From an uncultured delta proteobacterium (GTDB lineage: Bacteria; Myxococcota; Myxococcia; Myxococcales; Myxococcaceae), in NCBI GenBank assembly GCA_963771175.1, contig CAVYSY010000006.1, positions 107,103 to 171,102 of the forward strand: a stretch of DNA of 64,000 bases. The letters are read 5' to 3'. Under the pieces are notes generated by a model, which had not been told where the DNA came from, searched no databases, and worked only from the letters and a program-made list of their open reading frames with translations. Each line of letters starts with the position of its first letter. Position 1 is the stretch's first letter. A program made the position numbers and the translations under genes. Positions 1 through 11,692 of the stretch are shown here, piece by piece.

Positions 1-212
1 AGGCGGTGACCCAGGACGAGGACATCCACAGCATCATCGCGCTGCTGGGCCGCCGCCAGGTGCGTCGCGTCCCGGTGGTGGAGCGCGATGACCGGCTGGT
101 GGGCATCATCTCGATGGCGGACATCGCCACCCGCGCCGACTACGACGAGGAGCTCCAGGAAGCACTGGACCGCATCTCGGCCCGGCGCTCGTTCTGGAGC
201 CGCCTCATCTAG
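1..212 (+). CDS. CBS-domain protein, C-terminal part (5' end outside window)
   Basis: QVRRVPVVERDDRLVGIISMADI is a typical CBS motif. Confidence 0.75.
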   Translation, partial: AVTQDEDIHSIIALLGRRQVRRVPVVERDDRLVGIISMADIATRADYDEELQEALDRISARRSFWSRLI

Positions 213-246
213 GGCACGCCCCCTCTCGTCGAGAGAGGGAACATGC

Positions 247-1048
247 TCACGCGATGGCGACGGTGACGCCCGAGGCGTCGCTCGTCACCGTGAACTTCTT
301 GAGATTCCCTGTCTGGAGCGCGGGCCCTGCCGTCACCTCGCCCGTCTTGGTGAAGCGCGAGTCGTGGCAGGGGCAGAACAGATCGTGCCTGCGCCTCCCT
401 GAATTGGACGGGACACCCCTGGTGGGTGCAGATGGAGTCCACGGCCGAGTACGTCCCGTCCTCGAGCGCGAAGACGAAGAGGAGCTTGCCGTAGCCCTCG
501 GGAACACCCTGCACGAGGCCACCGGCCGTCTTCAGCTCGGGGAACTGCGAGAAGGGGAAGAAGATCTTCCCATCCACGACGGAGGGGAAGCCCTCCTCAC
601 CGGCCGCGAAGTCGATGATCAGCACGCCCGTGTCCGCGTCGTAGCGCGAGGTGAAGGAGCGCAGCGGGGCCTTGGCGGGCGGGTACGTCACCGTGCCGTC
701 CAGGGCGAAGCGCGAGCCGTGGCAGGGGCACACCGCCTCGCCCTGCTCGAAGCCCAGCGGGCAGCCCGAGTGCGTGCAGATGTTGGACGTCACCGCGTAC
801 TGGTTGCCGCCCGGGTGCATGACGAGCAGTTGCTGCTCGCCGGGCACGCGCAGGGTGACGGCGCCGCCGTCGCGCGACAGGTCCGGGTAGCGCTTCACGT
901 CCAGCCGCACGCGCCCGTCCCGCGCTCTTCTCCGCGTCCAGCACCGGCGCGGGAGAGATGTCCGGCGCGCACCCCGACAGCCCCGTCGCCGCCGCGCCCG
1001 CGCCCACACCCACCACCCCCTGAGGAAACCTCGACGACTGGTGCTCAC
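247..1048 (-). CDS. Tat-exported tandem Rieske [2Fe-2S] protein (frameshifted)
   Basis: SRRGFL twin-arginine motif; two Rieske signatures CTHSGC...CPCHGS and CTHQGC...CPCHDS across frames; GTG start overlaps the upstream stop (GTGA). Confidence 0.8.
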
Positions 1049-1635
1049 TTGCCCTCCTCCTTGAGCAGGAACTTCGGCTCCAGTCGAGCGCGTCATTCAC
1101 CTTCACCATCAGCAGGCGAGGGGCGCTCCACCTTGAAGGCCTCCAGGCTCACCTTGAAGTTGCCCTCGGCGCTCACGTCCTTGGCCGAGGTGAAGACCAC
1201 CTTCATGGGCACCTCCACCGGCTGCTTCACGCCGTGGAAGGTGAGCTGCCCCTTGAGCAGCACCGCACTGCTCCGAGGGGAAGGTGGTGGGCAGCTTCAC
1301 GCCGCTGGCCACGCCCTTGAACTCGATGGTGGGGAACTTCGGCGGCCTCGGTGGCCTCCTTCATGTGGGCGTCGCGGTTGGCGTTGCCCGAGTCGAAGTC
1401 GGCCACGTTGCGCGCGCACGGCCACCTGCAGGGTGCCGTCGGGGAGGAGGCGCGCCTTGCCCTCGGTGGGGCGCGCGGTGCCCACCACCTCGTGCAGCTT
1501 GTGGATGAGGTGGTAGCTGAGGGAGCTGTCAGCGGACTTCACCGAGAACAGGCGCGCGGCGTTGGCCGCCTCCTGCGCGAGAGCGGGCGCGGACAGCAGC
1601 AGCGAGGCCAGCACGGCCAGGAACGAGCGTTTCAT
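1045..1635 (-). CDS. YceI-family lipid/polyisoprenoid-binding protein (frameshifted)
   Basis: Signal peptide MKRSFLAVL...ALA; YHLIHKLHEVVG; FDSGNANRDAHM and GQLTFHGV motifs in shifted frames. Confidence 0.75.
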
Positions 1636-1676
1636 GGGAACCTCCAGGTCTCTCAACGAGGATGCTGGAACGAAAT

Positions 1677-2396
1677 TCAGAAGACGATCATCAGGGCACC
1701 CGCGGTCACGGCGCCCATCGTCGCATAGCCCAGCGCCTGATGGGCCGTGGCGAGATCCACCTGCGAGAGCTTGCCTTCCCTGGTGTCCGTCAGGCGAGCC
1801 CAGCACCACCTGGGAGAGCATGCCGGCAGTGGCCAGGGCCATGAAGATTTTGTGGAAGGTGATGGTGTCCCAGCGGAACTCCTTCTCGAAGGGCTGGGGG
1901 CGAGCACGCCGAGCAGGCCCGTCCCCACGAAGAGGGTCGAGGAGGCCACCACCAGCCCCGTGTGCCAGCCCTCGTACTTGCCGGTGTCACCGAAGCCGCG
2001 GTAGCGATCGTTGAAGTTGAGCTGCCCCACCACCACCGTGGCGGCCAGGGTGGCGGCCATGGCGATGCCCAGGCCCTGGTGGATGCTGAGCATGGTGCGG
2101 CGGCGGGCGATGGCCCTCTCCAGCTCCGGGTCCACCTGGACCGGCGCCTCGGCGGCAGTCGTCGAGGGCTCGAGCAGATCGAAGTCCATCGAGGGCTCCT
2201 CCGCCTGCTGCACCGGCGCATCCGCCGGGGGCTTCGTCTCGGCGGGCTTCGTCTCGGCGGCTTCGTCTCGGCGGGTCGACTCGGAGGACTTCCTGGAGGT
2301 CTTCGACGATTCGGCGGCCCGGGTCGCGGCGTGCGCGTGCGTGACGGGTACGGCAAGGAGTGGAATCAACAGGGCGGCAACAACGGAGCGGAACAT
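1677..2396 (-). CDS. Secreted/membrane protein with His-containing TM helices (frameshifted)
   Basis: Signal peptide, low-complexity linker, hydrophobic helices each carrying a His (IHQGLG, WHTGLV, AHQALG). Confidence 0.6.
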   Translation of the reverse strand: MFRSVVAALLIPLLAVPVTHAHAATRAAESSKTSRKSSESTRRDEAAETKPAETKPPADAPVQQAEEPSMDFDLLEPSTTAAEAPVQVDPELERAIARRRTMLSIHQGLGIAMAATLAATVVVGQLNFNDRYRGFGDTGKYEGWHTGLVVASSTLFVGTGLLGVLAPSPSRRSSAGTPSPSTKSSWPWPLPACSPRWCWARLTDTREGKLSQVDLATAHQALGYATMGAVTAGALMIVF

Positions 2397-2567
2397 CACT
2401 TCCCCTCTGGCAGCAAGGAACACTGCCCCCAAGTATGCGCGAACGGGCGCTCGCTCGCATGCCTGGTTCATCACGAGGGGACGGAGCTGGGACTCCCTCG
2501 CCCTTCTTTCAACCTGCTCGAAAAAAGGGTGTGGGACTCGTCATCCCGACAACAGGCGCCGGGGCGC

Positions 2568-2994
2568 TCAGGCCGGCGCGGTGGCCGGGGCCTCCGAGCG
2601 CGGCGCGCGTGCCGTGGGACAGCTCCAGGCCCAGCACGCGCGGATCGAAATACGCGTAGAAGCGCGAGATGCGCTCGCCGTCCCACTCGATGATGGAGAC
2701 GCCCGAGTAGTCCACCGCCGCGCCGTTGTGCGCGGTGCCGCTGGTCTCCCACTCGAGGGCCACGCGGTCTCCGGCTTCGATCATGTTGCGGAAGGTGGAC
2801 CTCACCTGGCCCAGCATGCCCTTGTACTCGCGCCAGAACTGGCGCACCCCGTCCTTGCCCTGGTGGGTGCGGCGGGAGGCCACGTTGCTCACCTGCGCGT
2901 CGTCACTGAAGAGCTCCAGGAGGGGCTCCACGTCTCCGCTCTCCTCCAGCCTGGACAGTGCGTCCACGAACCGCTGCGCTCGCTCCATCGCCAT
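2568..2994 (-). CDS. SnoaL/NTF2-like protein
   Basis: DVEPLLELFSDDA...VRQFWREY...GVSIIEWDGERISRFYAYFD; 3' end approximate. Confidence 0.8.
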
Positions 2995-3146
2995 GGGGGT
3001 TCCTCGCTCCGAGTCCGAGAGGGTCCTTCCGACTCGGAGGGTGCGCATGGCACCGCGGCGCTGCCCGCTCCACGGGCCGCCCGCTCGGGGAGCGGGTGGA
3101 AGGGGGAGTGCCACCAGGCTCGCATCGCACTAGGCTGGGCTCCGTC

Positions 3147-3949
3147 ATGGAACGTGTCCGCGAGGCCCCGCCCTCCTCCGCCGAGGAGAGCCTGCCCTCC
3201 CTCCAGGAAATGCCCCCTGTCGCGCTGGAGGCGAGCACGCTGCTCGCGCGGATGCGGCTCCTCCGCGAGCCCGGGGCGGCGGTCGAGGAGGTGGACGCGT
3301 TCCTGGAGGACCTCTCGGCGCCCCGCCCCCAGGGAGAGCCCCCGCGCGTGCGGGCGGACGTCATGCTGGACCTCCTGGAGGACGCACGGCTGTGCGCGCT
3401 CACCGGCACGGACGGGCGCCGGGTGGGCGTCGTGGCCCTGGAGGCCCTGCTGGGGCTCGGCTACCCCTACGCCCTCGAGCTCACTCCCGAGATGCTGGCC
3501 CTGGCCCGCGGCTCGCGTCGCAGCCGGCCCGCCTCCCCGGCCATGTCCGCGCGGGACTCGGGCTGGCCGTCATCAACGCCCTGCTGCCGGTGGGGACATA
3601 CGCACTGAACACCCTCGACTCCCACCTGCCCTCCGCCGACGTCCTGGCCGGTGCGCCCCCGGGGGAGCTCCCCCACCTCCTGGAGTACAATCTGCCGCTG
3701 CTCGTGCCGCTCCTGCTCGGGCCTCCGCTGTTGTCGGCCCTGGCCGCGTGGCTCGGGTCCCGGCCCCTGCAACGCGTCTTCAACGGCCTGCAGTGGGTGC
3801 TCGGCCTGGGGGGGTTGTTCCTCGGGCTCAACGGGCACTTCGGCAGCCTCCCGGTGGACGCGGGAGATCGCATCCTCTCGCTGGCCATGGGGGTGCTGAC
3901 CCTGGTCACCGCCCTCTGCCTGCGCCCTCGCGAGGAGCCCGAGTCCTGA
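3147..3949 (+). CDS. Hypothetical membrane protein (frameshift near 3540)
   Basis: Helical N-terminus continuing in another frame into four hydrophobic segments. Confidence 0.5.
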
Positions 3950-3956
3950 AAAGACA

Positions 3957-4018
3957 AAGGACCGCGGCGAGGGGGGTGGCCGCGGTCCTTCGGGCCCCCA
4001 GTCAGGAGACGGGGGCCG
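3957..4018. terminator. Two adjacent hairpins between convergent genes (likely terminator)
   Basis: AAGGACCGCGGC...GCCGCGGTCCTT and GGCCCCC...GGGGGCC inverted repeats. Confidence 0.55.
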
Positions 4019-4033
4019 TGTCGAGAGCGTGAA

Positions 4034-5733
4034 TCAGGTGAGCACGTCGAGCGCGCGCGCGTAGTACTTCTCGCGGTCGGCGAGCCCGTTGTAGCCGCCG
4101 TTGATGCGGCGGGTGACTTCCTTGAAGTTGCCCGCGTCGGCGTAGGAGTTGAGGTTGCGGGTGTTCCAGAACCAGGCGGCGGTGCGGAAGCCCACCTCGG
4201 GGGTGGCGGCCTGGGTGGGGTTGTTCACCAGGTCGAGGCCCAGGGCCTTGCCGGCGGCCGCGTAGTTGGCGCGACCGGTGAGCTGGATGGGGCCACGGCC
4301 CTTGAAGCGCTTGCCGTCACCCGGCTGGGTGTTGCCCAGGTCCTTGCGGCCCTCGTAGGCGGCGCCGGAGGCGATCTCCTCCATGTAGCGGAACTCGCCG
4401 CTCTCGTGGGCGAGCTGCGCGATGAAGGCGGCCTGGCGCTTGGGGGTGTTGATGCCGGCCTCGGCCATGGCCTTGTTGAGGTGGGGCAGGTACTGCTCGG
4501 CCTTGGCGGCCGACAGGTTGGGCATGATCTTCCGCAGCTGCGCGAGCGACACGCCGCCCTTGGTGCCGGGCTCGGAGGGGCCGGTGACGGGGCCGGGGCC
4601 GGTGGTGCCAGAGGAGCCGCCCACCTTGGCGCCGAGCTTCTCGAAGGCCGCGCGGGTCAGGGGCCCGTAGTAGCCGGTGTTGGGCACGCCGTGCTTGGCC
4701 TGGAACTCCTTGAGGGCCGCCTGGGTCTTGGGGCCGAAGACGCCCGGGCCGGTGTTCATGTCGGCCTGGGACAGGGTGCCCGCCTTCACCAGCGCGGTCT
4801 GGAGCTGCTTGACCGCCTCGCCCTTGGCGCCCTTCTCCAGGTCCCCCGCGGGCAGGGACACGCCCTTCAGGGAGCCGGCGGAGGCCGCGGGCTTGGTGGC
4901 CACCGGGGTGGTGGTGCCGCCCGCCGGAGCGGTGCCCGGGTTCGGGTTGCCGCCGGAGAAGGTCACCAGCTCGCCGGTGCTCTTGTAGTTCTTCGGGCCG
5001 CCCACGAGCTTGCCACCCTGGAGCTGGAGGGAGATCTCCTTGCCGGTGGCGGGATCGTTCGCGAAGTAGGTGTCGCCCTTGCGGTGGGTGACGGTGATCC
5101 AGTGGTCGGTGCCGTTGGAGCCGCCGTTGGAGCCGGCCTTGTAGTCCACGCCGATGACGACGGGACGGCCCGCGTCGATCTGCTTGTTGATGTTGTTCAG
5201 GCTCCAGCCGGGCTTGGAGGCGCCGAGGCCGGCCATCTTCCCGGCCTGGCTCCAGATGAGGCCGTTACCGGAGTAGCCACCGTTCTTGTCGAGGTAGGCG
5301 TCGAGCTCGCCGGGGTTGATGACCTTGCCGGTGATCTTGCTCATCGCCATGGCGGTGGAGGTCATCGCGCAGCCGGCGGCGCTGAGGGAGGAACCGGTGC
5401 CGAGGGAGCGGCCGCCCCACTGCGCATCGCCCTGACGGAACATGGGGGTGCCGTCGGCGGAGGTGGGGAACTGACGACCGTCGTCATCACGCGCCGGGCC
5501 AGCGGCCTTGCCGGAGCGGTGGCGGGAGCGGAGTCGAACTTGTCGCCCTTGGCGGGAGCGGGCTTGGTGGTGCGGGGACGCTCGAAGCTGTCCGGGATGG
5601 TCAGCTTCTGGCCAACCTGAATCTGGTTGGCGTTCTTGATGTTGTTGGCTTTGGCGAGCTTGTCGACCGAGGTGCTGTACTTCTTCGCGAGGGCCGAGAG
5701 GGTGTCGCCGCTGCGGACGGTATGTACGGACAC
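4034..5733 (-). CDS. Multidomain cell-wall hydrolase: LysM + C39-like peptidase + PG-binding + GH19 (frameshift near 5500)
   Basis: [16 protein letters not shown] (LysM); GCAMTS...DHWITV...NDPATG (C39-like); [15 protein letters not shown] (PG_binding_1); [29 protein letters not shown] (GH19). Confidence 0.85.
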
Positions 5734-5930
5734 GGGGGACTCCAGAAAAAGGGTCGAAAAAACTGCGTTGACCCATTCTCGCGCGGAACGAGAAAAGGTT
5801 GCTTGGGGGGCGAAAGAAAAGTCGCGATTCCCCGCCCCGGGAGTGCGCGAGGGCCCGGGCACGGAGACGGACCCGCACGCAGGGAGTAGGACCTCACTGC
5901 TCCGCGTGTGACCTACAGCCCCCTGGGCCT

Positions 5931-6814
5931 TCAGGTCTCGAAGTCGAACAGGCAGGCCCCACGAGTGCCGTCCCGGCTCCGCTTGCACTTCTCGCCCGGA
6001 CCGCAGGTGCCCGACGCGTCCGGGTCGCAGGCGCGCACGCAGCGATTGCCCAGGCACGAGGAGCCCTCCGGGCAGGGGGCGCCCTCCTTCGAGCAACTGG
6101 ACACGCACCGCATCCAGACCTTCCCCGGCTGCTCCATTCGGGAGCGCGTCTCACAGGTCTGTCCCTCGGGACAGGGGGACTGCTGGCAGTTCGTCCCGCG
6201 AACCGAGGCGCAGACCGAGCCGCCCTCGCGGGAGCGGATGCACTCCTGACCGGCGGGGCAGCCCCGCGCCTCGCACGTCGGAAGGCACGAGGGGCCGCCG
6301 GGGCCACCTTTCCGTGGACAGAAGAACCCCTCGGGGCAGCTCTCGGGTACGTCCGGCCGGCACGGCCGACCGCACCGGCCGTTGCAGAGCAATCCCCGCG
6401 CGCAGGCCTTCGCATACTTCTTCGAGAACCGCACGCAGGCCTCCCCTTCCCGCCGGTTTCCCACCAACGTACAGCGCTTCAGGACCTCACCGTTCCAGGT
6501 GGCCACGGTCCCGCAGACGAAGTCGTCACCGCATTCCGCGTCCGTCTCACAATCGCTGTCCGTGCAGTAAAGCCCCCCCAGATTCACGTCGGCGAAACAG
6601 ACGAGTGGCGAGTCACAATCATCGCTTCGTCGGCAAGGCTGCCGCCACGTCGATAGCTGATGCCGCTGCTCCTGCGAGAGCATCGGCGTGACGTTCCGCT
6701 GCTCCGACTCGGACGACGCAACGACTTGGGCCATGAGGAGCTGACGAAGAGGGCCACGAGCGGCACCGTCAGCAGCAATCCCACGAGGATCGCTGCCAGA
6801 GTCCGCCGCATCAT
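5931..6814 (-). CDS. Membrane-anchored Cys-rich repeat protein (frameshifted)
   Basis: N-terminal TM segment [15 protein letters not shown]; many CPEG/CxxxxxC repeats. Confidence 0.6.
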
Positions 6815-7069
6815 TCCTCCTCCGCCTCGCCCCCATCCCTCTTCGCATCCAGAAGCTCATTGCACTGCTGCTCACACTCCTTGAGCTTCTCCGGAAGGCA
6901 GATCTCTGAAGGGTTGCTGGCCCGCAGTCCCGCAGCTCCAACAGTCTGGCATTATCGAACATGTCCTCGAGCACGGCCCGGTCGATCGTGCCCCCCTTAC
7001 CGAAGGCATGCGGGCAGGCGGTACAGGCAACAGCACCCAAAGCAGAAATGGGGCGCGCCAGCGGCTCAT
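6811..7069 (-). CDS. Small Cys-rich putative lipoprotein (frameshifted)
   Basis: Across frames: ...AVACTACPHAFGKGGTIDRAVLEDM...EICLPEKLKECEQQC. Confidence 0.4.
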
Positions 7070-7156
7070 CGGCACCTCCGGAAGAGAACGGTGCACCTAC
7101 CACTGCTCAGCCCCGCGCGGCGCGCATGGCCGAGGAAACTACCACTCCGCGAGGCC

Positions 7157-10102
7157 TCACCCCGCCCGAGCGCCCATGTCTCCGCGTCCGGCGAGCCGCG
7201 CCACCGCCTCGATGAGCTGCGCCGGTTCAATCGGCTTCGACAGGTGCACCTGGAAGCCCGCGCGGTAGGCCCGACGCGCGTCCTCCGCGCTCGCGTACGC
7301 CGTGAGGGCAATCGCCGGCACCCACTGGTCCCTCGCCTCGGCCCACGCCCGCACCCGCCTCAGCAGCGCGTGCCCGTCCTCCCCCGGCAGGCCGATGTCC
7401 GACACCAGCACGTCCGGCAGTGACGCCTTCAGTCGCTCCATCGCCTCGGTCGCGTTGCTCGCCGTGCTCACCAGCGCTCCCCGCTCGCGCAGCATCAAGG
7501 CAATCAGCTCGCGCGCATCCGGCGCGTCCTCCACCAGCAGCACCGACACCCCGTCCAGCTTCACCGCCGGCACCGCCGGCTCCGCGCCCGGCAGGGCCTC
7601 CGTCTGCGCCTCGGGCAGCACCGCCGGCACCGGCAGCGTCACCGTGAACGTCGAGCCCTTGCCCTCGCCCGCGCTCTCCGCCCGCACCGCGCCCCCGTGC
7701 AGCCCCACCAGGTGGTGGACAATCGCCAGTCCCAGCCCCAGTCCCCCGTGCTCGCGCGTGGCCGAGCCGTCCGCCTGCCAGAAGCGCTCGAAGAGATGCG
7801 GCAGCGACTCGGCGCGAATCCCCTTGCCCGTGTCCGTCACCCGAATCCGCAGCTCCCGCTCGCCGCGGTCCACCCGCACCACCACCCGCCCGCCCGTGGG
7901 AGTGAACTTCACCCCGTTCACCAGCAGGTTCCAGCACACCTGCTGCAACCGCCCCGGGTCTCCCACCAGCATCGCCGTGCCGTTGCCGCCCACGTCCACC
8001 TCGAGCGCCAGCGTCACGTTCTTCTGCTCCGCATGCGGGCGCACCACCTCCACCGCCGCCTGCACCACCCCCACCAGCTCCACGCCCCTGCGGTGCAGCG
8101 TCAGCTTCCCGGTGATGATGCGCGACACGTCCAGCACGTCTTCAATCAGCTGCGCCAGCGTGCGCGCGTTGCGCTCGATGACGGCCAGGCCCTTCTCCAT
8201 CGCCTTCGCGTCGCTCTGCCGGCTGCGCAGCATCTGCGTCCAGCCCAGCACCGCCGTCAGCGGCGTGCGCAGCTCGTGACTCATCACCGCGAGGAACTCG
8301 TCCTTGGCGCGGTTGGCCGCCTGCGTCTCCGCCATCAGCCGCGTGTTCTCAATCGCCACCGAGGCCATGCGCGCGAGCTGCACGAGAATCGCCTCGTCCT
8401 CGGCGCTGAAGTCCCCCTCGTGCCGGTCCGAGAGCTGGATGAGGCCCAGGTTGCGCCCATCCCGCCCCACCAGCGGCGCCGCCAGCCACCCGCGCAGGGG
8501 CGGGTGCTTCGCCTTGTGCCGGCCAAAGCCGCGCCAGGCCGGGTGGGACTCCAGTTCCTCCTGCGTCAGCCGCATGGGCAGGTTCAGCCGGCACACCCAC
8601 GAGTAGATGCCCGCACCCTCCGGCGGCTCGTGCCAGTCCCGCCACGCCGCGTACTTGTCCGACATCGACGTGGCGAGGATGGACTGCGACCAGCGCCCCT
8701 CCACCGTCAGGCTGGTGACGGCCTGGTGCGCCCCAATCACCTCGCGCGCCTGCTCGGTGATGGCCTCGAGCACACGCTCGATGGAGTCCGCCTCGCTGAT
8801 GATGAGCGCCGCGCTGGCCAGCCCCTGGAGCTGCGTGGCGTGGCGCTGCTCCCGGGCGAGCAGCCGCTCCAGCTCGGCCTCGCCCTGGCGCTGGCGCGTC
8901 ACGTCCCGGTGGGCCCCCACCCACTCGCGCACCCGGCCGTCCTTCTCCAGCACCGGCACCGCGCGCGCCAGCATGTGGCGGTAGGCCCCGTCGTAGCACC
9001 GCAGCCGGTGCTCCAGTTGGAACGGCGCGCGCGTGGAGAGCGACTCCTCCCAGGCGCGCGCGGTGCGCCCCCGGTCCTCCGGGTGCACCGCGTCCAGCCA
9101 GCCCCAGCCCGCGCACTCCTCGCGCGACTGCCCGGTGAAGGCGCTCCAGCCCGGCTGCTCCTCGACGAACTCTCCCGAGGGCGGCGTGGCCCAGATGATG
9201 TCCGAGGTGGCCGTCACCAGCGAGCGGAAGCGCTCCTCGCTGTGCCCCAGGTCGCGGGCGAGCGCCTCGGCGGTGCGGCGCGAGCGCACCAGGTCCGTCA
9301 CGTCGTAGGCGAAGATGGCCACGCCCTCCACCCGCCCGGAGGCGTCGCGCTGGGGGTGGTAGACGATGTCGAAGAACATCTCCTCGGCCGGAGCGGCTCC
9401 CGGGCGCGCCACCTTCACTGGCCGGGCGCGGCCCACGTAGGAGTGCCCCGTGGAGAAGACCCGGTCCATCACCTCGAGGACGCCCTGGCCCTCCAGCTCG
9501 GGGATGGCCTCGCGCACCGGCTGGCCCACCACGTCCCGGCTCCCGTAGAAGCGGCGGTGCAGCAGGTTGGAGAAGATGAAGCGGTGCTCGGGGCCGCGGG
9601 TGATGCTGACGGCGGCGGGCGCCAGCATCAGCATCTCCTGGTAGCGGGCGCGCTCGTTCTCCACGCCGGCGCGCGCGAGCTGCTCGGCGGACAGCAGCCG
9701 CACCCGCTCGTTCTCCGCCAGGCGCCGCTCCGTCACGTCCCGGGTGAAGACGACGAGCCCCTCGCCCGAGGGGAAGGCCCGCGTCTCCAGCCACAGGCCC
9801 GCGGGGGCGAAGAAGTCCTCCAGCGAGACGAGGGTGCGCGCCTCCATGGCCCGCCGCCACGCGGGGGCGAAGGCGCTGTCGGCCACCTCGGGCAGCACGG
9901 CCCACAACTCCTGTCCCAGGAGGTGCTCACGCGTGCGGCCCACCTGCCGCTCTCCCACCGCGTTCACCCAGAGGAGCTTCCACTCCCGGTCCATCACGAG
10001 GATGCCGTCGGTGACGCCGTCGAGCAGCGGATCAAACCCCGCTGGGGCCGGGCTCTCCGGCCCCCCGGTCGGAGTTCTTGACGGCTCGTGAGTATCCTTC
10101 AT
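7157..10102 (-). CDS. Hybrid histidine kinase (PAS x3, GAF, HisKA, HATPase, REC)
   Basis: AVMSHELRTPL H-box, NLLVNGVKFT, DTGKGI, GLGLGL, C-terminal LLVED...SDIGLP receiver. Confidence 0.92.
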   Translation of the reverse strand: MKDTHEPSRTPTGGPESPAPAGFDPLLDGVTDGILVMDREWKLLWVNAVGERQVGRTREHLLGQELWAVLPEVADSAFAPAWRRAMEARTLVSLEDFFAPAGLWLETRAFPSGEGLVVFTRDVTERRLAENERVRLLSAEQLARAGVENERARYQEMLMLAPAAVSITRGPEHRFIFSNLLHRRFYGSRDVVGQPVREAIPELEGQGVLEVMDRVFSTGHSYVGRARPVKVARPGAAPAEEMFFDIVYHPQRDASGRVEGVAIFAYDVTDLVRSRRTAEALARDLGHSEERFRSLVTATSDIIWATPPSGEFVEEQPGWSAFTGQSREECAGWGWLDAVHPEDRGRTARAWEESLSTRAPFQLEHRLRCYDGAYRHMLARAVPVLEKDGRVREWVGAHRDVTRQRQGEAELERLLAREQRHATQLQGLASAALIISEADSIERVLEAITEQAREVIGAHQAVTSLTVEGRWSQSILATSMSDKYAAWRDWHEPPEGAGIYSWVCRLNLPMRLTQEELESHPAWRGFGRHKAKHPPLRGWLAAPLVGRDGRNLGLIQLSDRHEGDFSAEDEAILVQLARMASVAIENTRLMAETQAANRAKDEFLAVMSHELRTPLTAVLGWTQMLRSRQSDAKAMEKGLAVIERNARTLAQLIEDVLDVSRIITGKLTLHRRGVELVGVVQAAVEVVRPHAEQKNVTLALEVDVGGNGTAMLVGDPGRLQQVCWNLLVNGVKFTPTGGRVVVRVDRGERELRIRVTDTGKGIRAESLPHLFERFWQADGSATREHGGLGLGLAIVHHLVGLHGGAVRAESAGEGKGSTFTVTLPVPAVLPEAQTEALPGAEPAVPAVKLDGVSVLLVEDAPDARELIALMLRERGALVSTASNATEAMERLKASLPDVLVSDIGLPGEDGHALLRRVRAWAEARDQWVPAIALTAYASAEDARRAYRAGFQVHLSKPIEPAQLIEAVARLAGRGDMGARAG

Positions 10103-10316
10103 GGGCGCGGGGCTCAGGCCCATCAGAACACGGCAACGTCCGCTCGTGCACCCGGATAGGACCCGGGACTGTTGGAAGGAGGCCGGAGGAGCAGCCCGAG
10201 GTGGGAGTAGCGGACACCCAGGGCGCGTGAAGCCCGGCCGGTGAGGGAGGAGGCGGCCCGGGGCCTTCCGGCCTTGTGTGTCCCGGACGCATCCGTTAGC
10301 AGTCGGGCCACACCCC

Positions 10317-10970
10317 ATGTCCACCGACGCCTCGACTCCCCCTGGGCCCCCGCCGCGCTCCGCCAACCGTTTCCTCTGGGTGGCGCTGGCCTCCGCCGCG
10401 TGCCTCGTGGTGCTCGCGGTGGGCCTGCTGCGCACGCGCGAGCAGCCGCCCCTGGAGCGCTATGGCCGGCTCCCGGCCTTCACCTTCACCCGCCAGGACG
10501 GCCAGCCCTTCGGGCTCCAGCAGCTCCAGGGCCGTCCCTGGGTGGCCAACTTCATCTTCACCCGCTGCCCCACCATCTGCCCCGTCTTCACCCAGAAGAT
10601 GGCGCGCTTCCAGAAGCAGACGACGGGCCTGGGCGGACAGCTCGCGCTCGTCTCCTTCTCGGTGGACCCCGAGTACGACACCCCCGAGCGCCTCACCGCC
10701 TACGCCGCCAAATACGGCGCGGACCCGGCCCGCTGGAGCTTCCTCACCGGAGACTACAACCAGCTCAAGGACATCATCGTCGGCGGCTTCAAGATGGCCA
10801 TGGGCCGCGATGACGCGAACGCGCAGGAGCTCGCGAGCATCTTCCACGGCAGCCACTTCGTGCTGGTGGACCGCACCGGGGAGATTCGCGGCTACTACAA
10901 CAGCGAGCACGACGACGCGGTGGAGCGGCTGCTGCGCGACACCGAGCAGCTCGTGCGCAGCGGCGAGTAG
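10317..10970 (+). CDS. SCO1/SenC copper chaperone
   Basis: FTRCPTICP (CxxxC), SVDPEYDTPE, conserved His in FHGSHFVLVD. Confidence 0.9.
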   Translation: MSTDASTPPGPPPRSANRFLWVALASAACLVVLAVGLLRTREQPPLERYGRLPAFTFTRQDGQPFGLQQLQGRPWVANFIFTRCPTICPVFTQKMARFQKQTTGLGGQLALVSFSVDPEYDTPERLTAYAAKYGADPARWSFLTGDYNQLKDIIVGGFKMAMGRDDANAQELASIFHGSHFVLVDRTGEIRGYYNSEHDDAVERLLRDTEQLVRSGE

Positions 10971-10994
10971 CGCCCGCGGCCCTTCCGGTGCGCG

Positions 10995-11543
<549 letters not shown>

Positions 11544-11692
11544 ACGCTCCTGGGAGAGGGGGGAGGCCGAGGGGACGAGCGGGCGGAGCCTCGTCTGACC
11601 GCCCACCCGGAGCCGGGTTCATGACGCGGTGCTTCCAAGCCCCCTCCGCGTGCATACCTTGGCCGGAAAGGGACCTCTGGAGAGGAAGGGAC

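Noticed and set aside
2011..4032. Long antisense or alternate-frame ORFs (also 7697-10081, 30315-32309, 45008-47551, 51781-53889)
   Set aside because: They are shadow ORFs of well-supported genes and have no recognisable motifs.
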